This document shows, one piece after another, positions 21,801 to 26,187 of a stretch of DNA of 64,000 nt. The notes under the pieces are model-generated. The model made no database searches and was not told the DNA's origin. It saw nothing but the letters and a program-made list of their open reading frames with translations. Positions within the stretch are counted from its first letter, which is position 1. Each line of letters starts with the position of its first letter. The DNA is from Campylobacterales bacterium (GTDB lineage: Bacteria; Campylobacterota; Campylobacteria; Campylobacterales; QNZT01). Location of the stretch: the NCBI GenBank assembly GCA_027068765.1, contig JAMOMC010000182.1, positions 2,955 through 66,954 on the forward strand. The letters are read 5' to 3'. The position numbers were made by a program, and so were the translations under genes.

Positions 21801-22602
21801 AACTGTAGCAAGTGGTACTTTAACAGTTGATGACTCTATATTAGGTACAAATGCAGTAAGTGGAGCTGGAAATATTGTTATAAATGCAGATGATTCAAAT
21901 GCTGATTTATCAAATATCTCGGTATTTGGGTCAATAACTATAAATACCACAGCCACTAGTGACACTATAATAGGTAGTGGGCAAAATGATACTATCAATA
22001 TAGAAGCTCTAAATTTAACTTCTGCTGATGCAATAGATACAGCAGGTGGAGTAGATATATTAAATATTACAACAGCAGGTATAAGTGATGCTACAAATGT
22101 TACAGTAGAAACTATAAATCTAACAAATGGTACAAACGATATAGTAGTTGGAACTGGTATAGGTACAGTAAATGGAGCTGCTGGAGCTGATACATTTACA
22201 CTTGATTTTTCAAATGTTGCAACATTAAATGCTAGTGGAGGAGTTGATATAGTAAATCTAACAGGAAGTGCAACTGTAGTAGTCGATGGTGATAATTTTG
22301 GTGGAGCAATTGGGGCAAATGGTATAGAAGTATTAGATTTGACTGATTTAAATGCGGGTAGTGGATTTAATGCAGACAATAGTATAGAGTTTGAATTTAC
22401 TACTAGTTTGATTGAGAGTTTAGTTGGAAATACTACAGGAGATTTGACAATAAAATTAACAGCAGACCAAGCTGAAGATATACAGTTTACTGATAGTGGA
22501 GGACAGGTACATGATACTACAGCTTCTGGTTTATCTGAAATTATAGATGCTGGAGTGTACGCTTTAGATGCAGATACAAATATAATTATAGATATTATAT
22601 AA
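1..22602 (+). CDS. Giant secreted RTX-type calcium-binding repeat protein, putative T1SS adhesin (5'-partial; at least 7,533 codons in window)
   Basis: Frame 1 is open from nt 1 to the TAA at 22600-22602. There is no stop in 1-402, and the track's M at 403 is an internal TTG codon. The first ~4,150 aa hold many GGxGxDx(L/I)x nonapeptide runs (e.g. GGAGDDTLYGG, GGDGDDTLRGDEGDD). These alternate with about 40 (counted by eye) modules of the form VDYS...VDL...DTLxNIEN(V/I)IGSxxxDT(L/I)xG. The last ~3,300 aa are long Thr/Asp/Asn/Ser/Gly/Ile-rich repeats. No Cys was noticed anywhere in the translation. Confidence 0.9.
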   Translation, partial: DDTLKGDTATNIIDAKGGDDTLITTAGNDLLKGGVGNDTIIGDADDGVDTIDGEGGSGDTIDYSALNNKIELTLDSSNNATVYIDGGDNDVIRNVENIKGGTLGDTISGDLFSNTLEGNGGEDTFFGAGGDDYLLGGSENDFLSGGSGDDTLDGGVGDDTLYGGIGNDTIDGGAGERDILDFSTTTTGVSVDLSSESEQFISLAEGSDSIKNVEDILGSFFDDTLKGSSEKNILSGGIGDDTFEANDGDDTLYGGAGDDWFIATNKDDGTDLLEGGSGYDTADFSRLSETISVNLNDLGDGTIVVNGGDTDTLRSIENVIGSISENTIIGDDQNNILVGNIADDYIDGRGGDDTLKGEGGDDTLLGGDGDDLLEGGDGDDTLKGEAGDDTLRGDAGDDTLSGGSGDDFIDGGSGVNTLTFEDSLGEININISNSNQQDSGEGDDKVINIDNVIGSNQNDTIEGSSGDNILDGRDGNDSVSYLGANSGISINLADTNAQDTNYGVDTLLNFENIIGSLYGDTLRGDAGTNIIDAYDGDDLIIATDGSDRIDGGAGSLDTVDYSLTAKEIDIKLSGTSFSTVNVNGGDNDTIRNIENITGSSLNDTISGDNFDNKLLGFLGDDTLSGSSGDDYLDGGAGEDSVDYSLATNSINVDLSQSSEQNIGGGEDSDTLINIENIIASNYDDTLIGDDNINTIFGRDGDDLIIGKDGDDNLFGESGDDTFKATDANDGADTVDGGSGVNSVDYSSLNSSISLTLDEATFTSVTVDGGDSDSIRNIQNVIGSKVNDNIVGDNSSNNLLGDDGDDTLLGRGGDDLLLGGVGDDTLSGDVGDDTLFGESGDDTLFGDLGDDRVDGGVGIDTITYQNATTSIDVSLRENIEQNTGTSTGFDTILNIENLTGSAQNDTLQGSSGDNVIDGAGGDDTITYKDASLGVNVDLSLTTAQNTNDGLDTILNIENLTGSLQTDTLIGNDGDNIISGNDGDDTLEGGDGDDTLRGDEGDDLFLSGLGADVFDGGASFGDMVDYSSSSNAISLTLNSSSNATVSIVNEADDTLKNIENVIGSSSDDSIVGDLNSNYLDGSLGDDTLKGGLGDDTLDGGLGDDTLSGNGGDDLLDGGLGENSVDYSSSTNSVNVDLSQSVSQYIGDSEGSDTLVNIQNIIGSTKDDTFIGDSSENKIEANSGNDTFITTDINDGSDTLDGGLGSDTIDLSAVNKAIELELKESINTTVIIEDGDNDTIVNIENVKGGSLNDTLQGDSLSNTLIGNDGDDTIEGGLGNDKLEGSLGEDTVSFENSSNNISINLKDITAQNTGDGVDTIEGFENILGSSNNDTIQGDSSDNTLDGGVGEDSVSFLNSTSSVTANLDTELSTGDGSDTILNFENIIGSTNADTLTGDDEVNIIDGNLGNDVIDGGLGADRLIGGEGNDLFIGNSFLGDVIDGGLGSNDRVDYSSLIDSVTLDLDGTTDVVVTSDANIHTIKNVENITGGSGDDTLSGDDNKNILEGGSGADTLKGELNEDSLYGGADSDKLYGGSGNDLLRGDDGDDELYGNSDNDELYGGVGNDILDGGDGADIIRGESGDDILKGGAGDDKLYGGDESADSGIDTADYSLALKSMSVDLADGNSEGSASSDDQGSDKLYGIENVIGSNSEDDLIRGNSSSNLLEGMGGDDILFGRDGDDTLRGGNGDDTLQGESGADTLEGDAGADTFITTDANDGSDDIDGGADSDTIDYSALGVVNQIEVDLADGVVSSVNINGGDSDSVINIENVIGTSGDDTIAGNSDDNTLMGKDGADTLSGEAGADFIYGGDSAVDNSTDDTVSYAYLQTQSINVDLSTSDAAVANSTDIDKLYGIENVIGGDASDTIKGSNVSNTLIGGDGDDTLSGLGGDDQLLGGEGSDTADYSDEGQIVATTSSVTIGADTDILTSIENITGSQIGDDEITGDVNENTLLGLGGDDTIDGGDGVDYIAGGDGADTLIGGAGGDILEGGAGDDIFLQADGYADDDIDGGDGVDSVDYSTTSVAGVEVTLDGASTSVVTIGADTQNIVNIENIIGSNQDDTITGDSFRNILSGNDGNDTILGADGDDVIDGGAGADNLRGGKGDDFIDGGADDDQIYGDDDSDTLLGNIGDDWIEGGAGEDTLLGGDGDDTLIGGADNDKIYGGVDNDTVDYSSEISSVSVSLTDAFATGADIGYDNLYDLENITGGSGDDTIKGDLGVNTLKGGAGDDTVIAGSGDDIIDGGAGESDLLDYSELTLSDADGITVDLALTTAQLIHVDYGNDTISNIENIIGSDATDFIRGDNKANNLQGGADNDTLYGEGGDDTLRGGTGDDTFRGGAGEDTIYGNAGTADLIDYSYETNIIDANLDSGDVSIAGALEDSISGIENYLGSSGIDIVIGNSSANKIETESGNDTLKGSLGSDILDGGADEDTVDYSGYSYSVTVDLDSDDNDVNGNVGTALDSQATTDNLLSIENIVGSAGSDVLEGSFGVNTIMAGSGNDTLIGLEGADRLIGEDGVDTIDFSQATNGIEVNLLATQTDGTDTTYRVQNDGFGNREFVDSVENIIGTDQVDIIIGDNADNSISGGASDDTLSGKGGSDTLSGGAGNDTFSGGAGDDIIDGEAGSNNVLDYKNSSSAIKADLSNSIVTGEGADSVSNIQDILGSIYDDTIIGDSGVNTLKGDDGSDTIKGLGGIDTLMGENGEDFLQGGLDGDSLDGGADNDWADYSYISDTTEINADLSNTRVEELANASNFDTTINIENVKGSKNDDIIKGDDNFLIDNTLDGYDGDDTLIASQGKDIFDGGDGADVLDFNLATNRVIVDLASGTISDDGYQNATVAVEDRVSNIEKIIATGFDDTLYGNTLSNTLVGGEGADVIDAKEGDDVIEGEAGIDTLSAGSGTDIVYGGDDGDTIFGISGANELFGESGDDTFFTGSGNDTITGGLGSDTLSYAYKISGIVATLRDGSADNFGDISAGSEGVDRLKDHIEIIRATNEVDILKGFDGSAIGGNSYDDTFYARGDNDTLWGGIGDDVLFGDGGNDIIKGQEGADTIDGGTGDNDILSFDEDSIDSGVEVYLDGSRGAEVINDGYGTQDVVVNIEDIIGSKFGDTIKGDANENTILGNGGDDLLIASGGNDVIVGGEDNEINGDTISFADNTTDIYVRLDNSNVTTGIASITDVENVIGSNYNDDIFGDTQDNTLDGGLGSDAIYGGDGDDTLIGGDGNDALNGGDGIDSYDGGDGSDGIGFGWGAVNVDLAGGDVFDDGYGNEELNSITNIENISGNNGDDILQGDVENNIIRGNNGQDFLNGRDGDDLLQGGENEDILVGGDGDDNLQGGEQNDTLYGGKGVDIINGGDEVDTVAFDNLYGEDDYTQNIEVDLSINSVINDGYGTSDTLISIEQVQGSNYADTLSGSINGDKLFGNGGDDTIYLSDGLDEVDGGDGNDWLGLEKVSLGGATFELNFDKNTSNFENIIGGSAGENVDGTDGDNIFLMNGGNDEVYAKDGDDIIVLGDGNDRFINSSGSDTMIGGAGVDRLETHWGTANNGINFQIKDLSGNFTTTTSKTVDGVIYDFYEFTDATGDTDFIAKADVKGADFENIYTKNYGTYNDTISFDDNDNVISTYDGDDIIYGWGGDDDIDAGSGADYARGGDGVDIIRGGDNDDTIFGDSGADRLYGDGNRDTLYGGDDDDILEGGLGDDILFGEVGADTLGGGAGNDTLYSDEGVDVIDGGADEDTVVFSEGTLGVEAIVNGVSVDAFGNIENLSNIENLIGTTKNDTFTGDANTNTLISGDGDDILNITAGEDYIDGGVGVDKIVLADVDTVVNISNTIDNLTYDSNTQTVLRIENVDGGLGNDDVTGNVFDNILVGNGGNDILKGNEGDDTLSGGVGADTLIGNSGTNTLDGGAGLDDWAFYDEASNDVTVDLTAGSASGYGVDTLTAIEHIKFGIANDIAYGDGLSNSLVGNGGDDTLYGNGGDDYLEGGAGKDTLSGGVGVNELLGNGGDDTFIISGGTDVIDGGGASDTVDFSTGVAIDLTLEGSTNVTTGTTTLKNVENVIGTAGNDIIRGDSEDNSLEGKSGDDTLSGGIGTNILNGGDGSDWVDYSGANAVDINLRDDSGSGVGVDTLTSIENVIGSSNDDIFRGQAAEVNEFRGESGNDTLSYDNATNSVTIDLTNNQATNDGGGAIDNFSSIEKLIGSSYVDSFSGDVTGIEIDGGGSSDSVDYSLESALNITFGSIDSVSDGVNTDTITEVETFIASANGDNIYVDATANLKAIDAGGGDDTLHFTSTANGDTLTLSNSLSNLENVVLDGSADTNVDVSNHSVALNISGNSGDNVITIDSEIDTIDAISGVDTLKLNANNLNLANIDYNNIDIVDVDVNDATINSAKLNNQTLDFVGAGKVTFTAGTSANNNYANITNSLTNGLIMIVASTLTLAGGDNLGSINKIDVTAGTFTLDASKLDGKTIDIGDIGNVVINAQNGEDLSNLTLSGSGNVTINLADGTATLDASGIDTSSFTGSITINDGDGADSITGSPYGDTIALDSAPTLINGSSGNDTLIIKESMDLRVTALDSIEDIVVNSGKILTLTSDQATALNSLTGVGSVYVDVVTDNADLSSVATTGADNTAIFTQTRDFTSGDFGTINKVEIQNGTTTVTDDILGETRTVNGAGSIVVEVNGNSDANFANLTLDDSANEVVRFTGSSTFSGDFVDSYVEVISGVTLTTTALIADGVTVSNSGTIKVTNLETKTDADISLINGDVEVDSNSDVIFSGKFGVADVTVISNTLTLGMTNDADYGTGTKTINVGATLNGTAALLSDKTISNSGTVDITDLDSTLDADFSNIDNTKTATWDSAIDIFTGELNGTDVTISAGKMTITETKLDESEITGAGSIDVEVTANSDQDFANLQLDTPSNETIIFKTNNSTFIGNFQNSSVNIDGVILSVDADIINNVDVTNTGTADITNLEGATAIDLTKIIGGDVDADWSGDAIFTGNLGSADLTVSSGTMTIDDSAVITGASSINVDGTVIVNASKVDGDTISGTGILTVNNLDATTNMDFSTLTTTTINTDWSGTATAYTGNLTNVDILSISSGTMIVADTTLGLTTVNGTGALTLTVDDGTLESLANVANTGILTLDLADTIDLSTKTDLGNVDAYIVAGAETLTLLDSQIDANSATGGGSLVIKTDTTNVDLSLVASGLNTTMQFVGDATYIGDTTNIDNFVIDNAITLTIAEDKVEAKSVTGAGSIVVEVDGDLGTNFVDLALDTPSNETIKFIADSTFSGDFVDSTVEVDSTVTLTTTIATIDGKSATNNGIIKVTNLETKANADISAIGGDVEVDSNTTVTFIGKFGNADVTVSSGTLTLGMSTNADYGIGVKTVDSGATLQAKASLLSTENIINSGTVDITDLDSTLDADFSNITGTKTATWDSATNDFIGDLNDTSVTISAGKMTITETKLGDSIITGAGSIDVEVTANSSKDFVNLALTTATSETIIFKTNNSIFTGNFRDSNVSVEGVTLNVNSTIVDGVDITNTGVVNVANLQNSFAIDLTSISGGVVNADWSGNATFTGDLSTSNLTVSTGVMTIDNGATIADASSIVVNTVMEADATKISGDTISGTGTLNVNNLDSKLDASFTNLTTDTLNVDWNSLTATYAGDLDNVDTLSISGGIMSVADTILGSTSVIGSGALTIIVNDAILVDITNVANTGALTLDLAESIDLSARSDLANVDTFSIANSKILTLTDDLVDTKIVDGSGRVLIKVDDSSLDSDLSGVDNATLVTLDLADDINLTAASNMDKVDTFNIANTKTLTINDEQVGTTELDGGGEMLIVMNNSVDFDLTNLTKTSGTIKASAQGSVDLSAEVTTQVDSFEITGANDLTLTDAQTGTKIVDGAGDFTVKVDDTSLDTTFTGVANTGTLTLDLNDDILLDAKDISKVDIFDIANTKSATLLDTQAQNITLEGGGEIVVKVDNEAQFDVDSIIKTSGTIKAQIDADVDLSSETTTKVDSFDIAGTNELTLTDNQVVTNTITGASGGKLIVKVDNGTLATDFSNVSSSGDITLDLVSLIDLSLNTNLVKVDVYNIANKLTIKDSDVTGKVVTGDTFDLVIETSSVDVDLTNVAVGVNTTMQFVSSVIYVGDTTNIDEILVDGGETLTISIDKIDSKTVTNSGTIEVTNLDTKTDADLSLIDGTTIATSNTNVTFTGNLGTVALTVDGSTTFTADASVVSGKSITNSGTVAITNLDGTLNADLSTITGTKTVTWDIDSGVFIGDLSDATVTVASGTLTADVNKLSGKNISGAGNVVVDNLDTLSTANLSTITTTTLNAKSNGNVTFTGDLATASLEVTAGTFTVTDDVLGANAVTGVGSIVVLVNGDSAQNFNTINATLNETIQFTTDSTFTGDFSNADSVSVDSGRTLTLTDDRAAGYTITGNGNTKVQIDTSSSDAFANIQTLGANIAEFTATSTFSGDLTNFNSVEVSGGILTIADSILGANATTGAGAIVVLVDGNSSQDFNNLSLSGTETIQFTASSTFTGDFRNSQILVDSGQTLTTSIDKIDSKTVTNNGTIEITNLDTKTDADLSLIDGTAIATSNTDVTFIGNLGTVALTVNGSTTFTADAGIVSGKSITNSGTVDITNLDGTLDADLLTISGTKTATWDGTGIFIGDLSDATVTVASGTLTADASKLSGKSISGVGAVVVDNLDDFLNADLGAITTTTLNADWSGTAIYNGNLTNVDTLNISSGVMSVADTTLGFTLVTGGGGLTLTVNDVTLESLANVSNTGTLTLDLAETIDLSAKVDLGNVDVYNIANTKTLTLLDTQIDANSATGAGSLVIKTDTTSVDLSLVAIGVNTTMQFVEDITYTGDTTNIDEILVDSGKALTISIGKIDGKSVTNSGTIEVTDLDTKADADLSLIDGTVTATSNTDVTFTGDLGAVALTVDNSTTFTADASIVSGKSITNSGSVAITNLDGTLNADLSTITGVKTATWNGATATFTGDLSDATITVNGGILTADVSKLSGKSISGAGAVVVDNLNTLSTADLSTIITTLNAKSNANVTFTGNLGSADLEVTAGTFTVDESILGGNSVSGSGGIVIDVYGSLSQDYSTIATSLTSEIKFRANSEFTGDFGNIDTIEVYSSNRLTLTDDVLGTHNIIGAGSVTVQIDSNSSNLFTNVLTTGASVTNIAEFTATSTFSGSLAKFKSIEVSAGELSIADTIIQSVIDGPGSITGAGKIKVTIANDSAIDLTDIGVGASDESVEFTADSTFSGDFGNTGTITVASGTLTVDDSILGTNAVSGAGNIVINADDSNADLSNISVFGSITINTTATSDTIIGSGQNDTINIEALNLTSADAIDTAGGVDILNITTAGISDATNVTVETINLTNGTNDIVVGTGIGTVNGAAGADTFTLDFSNVATLNASGGVDIVNLTGSATVVVDGDNFGGAIGANGIEVLDLTDLNAGSGFNADNSIEFEFTTSLIESLVGNTTGDLTIKLTADQAEDIQFTDSGGQVHDTTASGLSEIIDAGVYALDADTNIIIDII
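13990..17290 (+). repeat. Tandem duplication of a 1,725-nt (575-aa) super-repeat inside the giant CDS
   Basis: Copy 1 starts at GGAGCAGGATCTATTGTAGTTGAAGT (13990). Copy 2 starts at GGAGCGGGTTCTATAGTAGTTGAAGT (15715), an offset of exactly 1,725 nt. The proteins align colinearly (GAGSIVVEVNGNSDANFANL... vs GAGSIVVEVDGDLGTNFVDL...), roughly two-thirds identical by eye, until copy 2 merges into the 69-aa array. Confidence 0.8.
17113..18350 (+). repeat. Array of ~69-aa (207-nt) repeats organised as 138-aa double units, inside the giant CDS
   Basis: Units begin with TLDLAESIDLSARSDLANVDTFSIANSK, TLDLADDINLTAASNMDKVDTFNIANTK, TLDLNDDILLDAKDISKVDIFDIANTK and TLDLVSLIDLSLNTNLVKVDVYNIANK. Interleaved half-units follow the pattern xVDLSxExTTxVDSFxIxGxNxLTLTD. 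Confidence 0.7.
18352..21625 (+). repeat. Mosaic long repeats (2,172-nt offset between outer copies, plus a partial middle copy) inside the giant CDS
   Basis: GTTAATACAACAATGCAGTTTGTA occurs at 18352 and 20524, an offset of 2,172 nt (724 aa). The stretch LVDxGxxLTxSIxKIDxKxVTNxGTIExTxLDTKxDADLSLIDGT...TADAxxVSGKSITNSG occurs three times, starting about 18421, 19601 and 20591, at roughly 85-90% nucleotide identity by eye. Confidence 0.75.
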
Positions 22603-22633
22603 CAAGGTTTATAGGTTCACCTATAAACCTTGT
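22602..22633. terminator. Bidirectional rho-independent-type terminator between convergent genes
   Basis: A perfect 14-bp stem, ACAAGGTTTATAGG (22602-22615) pairing with CCTATAAACCTTGT (22620-22633), has a 4-nt loop (TTCA). It is flanked by A/T runs on both sides. It sits exactly between the giant CDS stop (22602) and the minus-strand stop (22635). Confidence 0.7.
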
Positions 22634-22634
22634 T

Positions 22635-23900
22635 TTAAGATAGTAGACTTTTTCTATTTTCCATTTTTTGAAGTACAAAATCAACATGAGTTTTTAACAT
22701 ATAATACTCATTTTTGTAAGATAGAGGGACATTAACTTGATTTCTTATTTCATTTTGAAGATCTTTCATATCACTTATACTATTTGTCAAATCTTGTGAA
22801 TTGTGTTTTTCCCACATCTTTTCATGCTTATCTAGCTCTTTATACCATCTGTAAATTTTTGAGCGAATTCTCCATCTATATATTGGGAAAAAACCTTTAA
22901 AAAGAGGTAGCAAAAGTGTAAGTATAGGAATTAGCATAATCTTAAATCTATCTATATTTGATGCGATCCAATATGGAAAATTTTTTTCTAAAAAGCTATC
23001 TCCTTTTAGTAGATAAGATTTTGCTTGCTCATTTATTGGGAGTTCAAGGTAGTTAGTTGAAGGGAAACCGTCATTTCTATCGTTTTCAATTTTTACAATT
23101 TTTGCAAAAAGTCGCACCAATGTATCATCAACATTTTTTGAAACAAGTAAATTTGCAGTTGTAGCTAAAAGAGTTATATTTGATTTTGGAATGTTGTCTT
23201 TTAGACTTATTCCTCCTTCAGGTATTTTTATAGAGTGAAGATAAGGAAATTTCTCCTCGTAAGCTTTAACTCTTTTTAGTGAGATAGCTTGAAAATTTGT
23301 ATCTTTTAAAATATCTAATATCATAGGAGAGGAGGCTGATAAAACAGAGAAAAAAGCATCTATTTTTAACTCTTTTAGAGCTTTATAGGAGTCTGTAAAA
23401 TTTAAATATTTGATTTTATCATTACTAAATGTAAGCTCATTTGCTTCAAAGATTTTTGAAACTAATAGATTTGTTCCACTTCCTTTTGAACCTATAGATA
23501 TATGAAGATTTTGAAGTTCACTTATATATTCAATTTTTTTATATGATTTTTTCTTAAAAAGCCATAAAGGTTCAAAATAGATACTAGCAATTGATTCCAA
23601 GCTATTAGATGCATCTTTACTTGCTACTCCACCTTGGACAAATCCGATGTCGACTTTCCCTTTTTTTAATAGTTCAAGGCTCTCATAAGATCCTGCACTT
23701 TCAATTATTTTTAGACTTACTCCATACTCTTGGAGTAGTTTTTTATATCTTTTTGCATACTCAAAATATACTCCATTTTTATCTCCTGTTGCAATTGTTA
23801 GCGTTTTACTTGGTGGGGGTTTTATAAACTTAGAAGTTATCCAAAAAAGTCCAATTATCAGTAGAAGAATTGGAAACCAAACTTTAAAAAATTCTTTCAA
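22635..23900 (-). CDS. TAXI-family TRAP-type solute-binding protein homologue with N- and C-terminal membrane segments
   Basis: An N-terminal TM segment is followed by [19 protein letters not shown]...[24 protein letters not shown], which resembles the TAXI/NMT1-like receptor signature. The C-terminus has a TM segment ([14 protein letters not shown]) plus a ~90-aa charged tail. Confidence 0.6.
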   Translation of the reverse strand: MKEFFKVWFPILLLIIGLFWITSKFIKPPPSKTLTIATGDKNGVYFEYAKRYKKLLQEYGVSLKIIESAGSYESLELLKKGKVDIGFVQGGVASKDASNSLESIASIYFEPLWLFKKKSYKKIEYISELQNLHISIGSKGSGTNLLVSKIFEANELTFSNDKIKYLNFTDSYKALKELKIDAFFSVLSASSPMILDILKDTNFQAISLKRVKAYEEKFPYLHSIKIPEGGISLKDNIPKSNITLLATTANLLVSKNVDDTLVRLFAKIVKIENDRNDGFPSTNYLELPINEQAKSYLLKGDSFLEKNFPYWIASNIDRFKIMLIPILTLLLPLFKGFFPIYRWRIRSKIYRWYKELDKHEKMWEKHNSQDLTNSISDMKDLQNEIRNQVNVPLSYKNEYYMLKTHVDFVLQKMENRKSLLS

Positions 23901-25021
23901 GAAATATCTCTTTTATTATAAAAATCTTTTTTAAAAACTTGAAAATTATTATTTAAGATAGCCTCTCTAGACTCTGCTGTCAAAGTTAAATAGTAGTGCA
24001 AATTATGCAGACTAGCTAACCTAAAGTATGTAAGCTCACCTGCTCTAAAAAGATGATTCATATAACCTCTTGAATAATTTTTACAAGTGTAACATAAGCA
24101 TTTTTCATCTATTGGCGTATCGCTTAGTTTATGGCGTGCTCCTTTTATATTTATCTTTCCAAAGGATGTAAATAGAGTTCCATTTCTAGCATTTCTAGTT
24201 GGCATAACACAATCAAACATATCAATACCTCTATCGATATTTTCAATTAAATCTTCTGGTGTTCCAACTCCCATTAGGTATCTTGGTTTATCTTTTGGTA
24301 AAAATGGTGTGGTAAATTCTACTGTATCATACATATCTTGGTTTGCTTCACCAACACTAAGTCCACCAATTGCAAAACCATCAAAATTAAACTCTGTTAA
24401 CTGTGTTGCAGATAATTTTCTAAACTCTTTATCTATGCCTCCTTGGACTATCGCAAAAAGAGATTGGTGAGTGTGGATGCCTTTTTCTTTTTGTTTGTTA
24501 TGGTATAAAATAGATTTTTTTGCCCAAGCAGTTGTTCTTTGTATAGATAACTCTATCCTCTGTTTTATTGCTGGAAGTGCTATAAGATCATCTAAAACCA
24601 TCATGATGTCTGAGTTTAAGTTGTACTGAATATCTAAAACTTTTTCAGGTGTAAAGTAGTGAAGTGAACCATCTATATGACTTTTAAATGTTATGCCGTT
24701 ATCATCTTGTTTGCTCATTTTTGAGAGTGAAAAAGCTTGAAAACCTCCACTATCTGTTAAAAAACTATTTGGATAGTTAGCAAACTTATGAAGTCCACCA
24801 AGCTCTTTTATAGTTTTATCTGTTGGTCTGAGATAAAGATGATAAGTGTTTGCCAAAATTATATCTGTTTTTAGATGAGCAGTCATATCAAAACTATCAA
24901 GTGCTTTAACCGATCCTTGTGTACCAACTGGCATAAAAACAGGTGTTTTTATAGTTGAAGAGGCTGTTTTTATAGTGCAAGCTCTTGCATTACCATCTAC
25001 TTTGTCTAAATTAAAGTGCAT
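23897..25021 (-). CDS. tgt: Queuine tRNA-ribosyltransferase
   Basis: The match is full-length: [44 protein letters not shown]. The zinc-site region [17 protein letters not shown] is also present. Confidence 0.95.
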   Translation of the reverse strand: MHFNLDKVDGNARACTIKTASSTIKTPVFMPVGTQGSVKALDSFDMTAHLKTDIILANTYHLYLRPTDKTIKELGGLHKFANYPNSFLTDSGGFQAFSLSKMSKQDDNGITFKSHIDGSLHYFTPEKVLDIQYNLNSDIMMVLDDLIALPAIKQRIELSIQRTTAWAKKSILYHNKQKEKGIHTHQSLFAIVQGGIDKEFRKLSATQLTEFNFDGFAIGGLSVGEANQDMYDTVEFTTPFLPKDKPRYLMGVGTPEDLIENIDRGIDMFDCVMPTRNARNGTLFTSFGKINIKGARHKLSDTPIDEKCLCYTCKNYSRGYMNHLFRAGELTYFRLASLHNLHYYLTLTAESREAILNNNFQVFKKDFYNKRDIS

Positions 25022-25064
25022 TTTACTCTCTATTTTTTTAATAGATTATAGTGCAATTTTTTTA

Positions 25065-25433
25065 TTAACTTGCTTTTTTTTGCTCTTGGGTATTGTTGTT
25101 TGTATTTGAAAAAAATCCGTTAGAGACTTTTAAACATTGTTTTGTGATGTCACTTATCTCTTTATGGGTTAATGGCCAAGTGCGAAGTTTATAAATCTCA
25201 TCCTCTTTTTTTATGATGCTATAATCTTCTAATATAACAGATGCAAACTTTTCAACTATTGTCTCATAATGTTTTAAGTCATGTTTATACTCAAAGATAT
25301 AGATAAGTCTAGCTATCTGCTCTTTTGTACCCCAGCCATCATTTTTAATCAGATATAAAATAGTTGCAGGTACAAAAATATCATTCGCTCTTATACGAGA
25401 GGTTATAAAGTTTGTAAGATGTTGATAGTGCAT
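25065..25433 (-). CDS. Hypothetical protein (122 aa)
   Basis: This is a clean ORF in an intergenic-sized slot, on the same strand as its neighbours. No motif was recognised. Confidence 0.5.
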   Translation of the reverse strand: MHYQHLTNFITSRIRANDIFVPATILYLIKNDGWGTKEQIARLIYIFEYKHDLKHYETIVEKFASVILEDYSIIKKEDEIYKLRTWPLTHKEISDITKQCLKVSNGFFSNTNNNTQEQKKAS

Positions 25434-25535
25434 AGAAACTCCTTATTTATAAGGATACACCAATTTTTGGTTATTTGAAAAGTTTTATTGACAAAAGAGT
25501 TGGAAAAGTTAATAAAGTGTATATAAGAGTAACAC

Positions 25536-26183
25536 TTATGGTAAAAGAACTCTTATTATCTGTTGTATTGGTGTAAATATAATTGTTGAGAGTGGGGTTG
25601 CGATGATGATAATTAAAAATATCATACCATATTTTGAAATTTTACTAAAAAACTCTTCAACTCTATAATTTCCAAACTTTGCAAAAAGATGTGCAAGTGC
25701 ATGTGAGCCATCAAGTGGAGGAATTGGGAAGAGATTGAAGATGCCTAATACTACATTGTAGATAACAGTATATGTTAAAAAAGCTTGAATAAAATAGCTA
25801 AAAAGTGTGCTTGGTGGTGAAAGGTAGATAAGTATAAATGAAGCTATCAAAGCTAGTGCAAAATTAAAAGCAATTCCTGCAAGACTTACAGCGATTGCAC
25901 CGTTATAACCTCCATTTTCTATGACAGTTTTTATATTTATAGGTACAGGTTTTGCCCAGCCAAAAAGAAATCCAGCTCCTGAAAAATGAAGCATTGCAGG
26001 AACCAAAATAGTTCCTATTGGATCTATATGTACAATTGGATTTATGCTTAATCTCTTTTGGTTTTTAGCCGTGTTGTCTCCATACTTGTATGCTACAAGA
26101 CCATGCATTATCTCATGTCCTATTATTGCGATTGCAAGGGCTAAAATTATGCTGATTATATCTATAACATCGGTTGTATTCAT
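25536..26183 (-). CDS. Site-2 protease family (peptidase M50) zinc metalloprotease
   Basis: It is a polytopic membrane protein with HEIMH (HExxH) in the first TM region and NLFPIPPLDGSH downstream. Confidence 0.8.
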   Translation of the reverse strand: MNTTDVIDIISIILALAIAIIGHEIMHGLVAYKYGDNTAKNQKRLSINPIVHIDPIGTILVPAMLHFSGAGFLFGWAKPVPINIKTVIENGGYNGAIAVSLAGIAFNFALALIASFILIYLSPPSTLFSYFIQAFLTYTVIYNVVLGIFNLFPIPPLDGSHALAHLFAKFGNYRVEEFFSKISKYGMIFLIIIIATPLSTIIFTPIQQIIRVLLP

Positions 26184-26187
26184 AAAC

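Noticed and set aside
12850-22000. Whether the regular DNA repeats could be a CRISPR array or a mobile element.
   Set aside because: The repeats are in-frame, hundreds to thousands of nt long, imperfect, and lie within one CDS. There is no short repeat-spacer structure, cas gene, transposase, integrase or terminal inverted repeat anywhere in the window.
483-22379. About 30 minus-strand ORFs of 60-572 aa inside the giant gene (e.g. 16098-17816, 19329-20381, 21627-22379).
   Set aside because: They are all antisense to a continuous 22.6-kb frame. Their translations are low-complexity Ser/Pro/Val/Ile strings that mirror the sense codon bias (GAT/GGT/ACA-rich, so few antisense stops). They have no start context or motifs and are ORF-finder artefacts.
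23609-23827. A 72-aa plus-strand ORF within the TAXI-like gene.
   Set aside because: It is antisense to the conserved TAXI binding-domain region and is a low-complexity Leu/His-rich translation.
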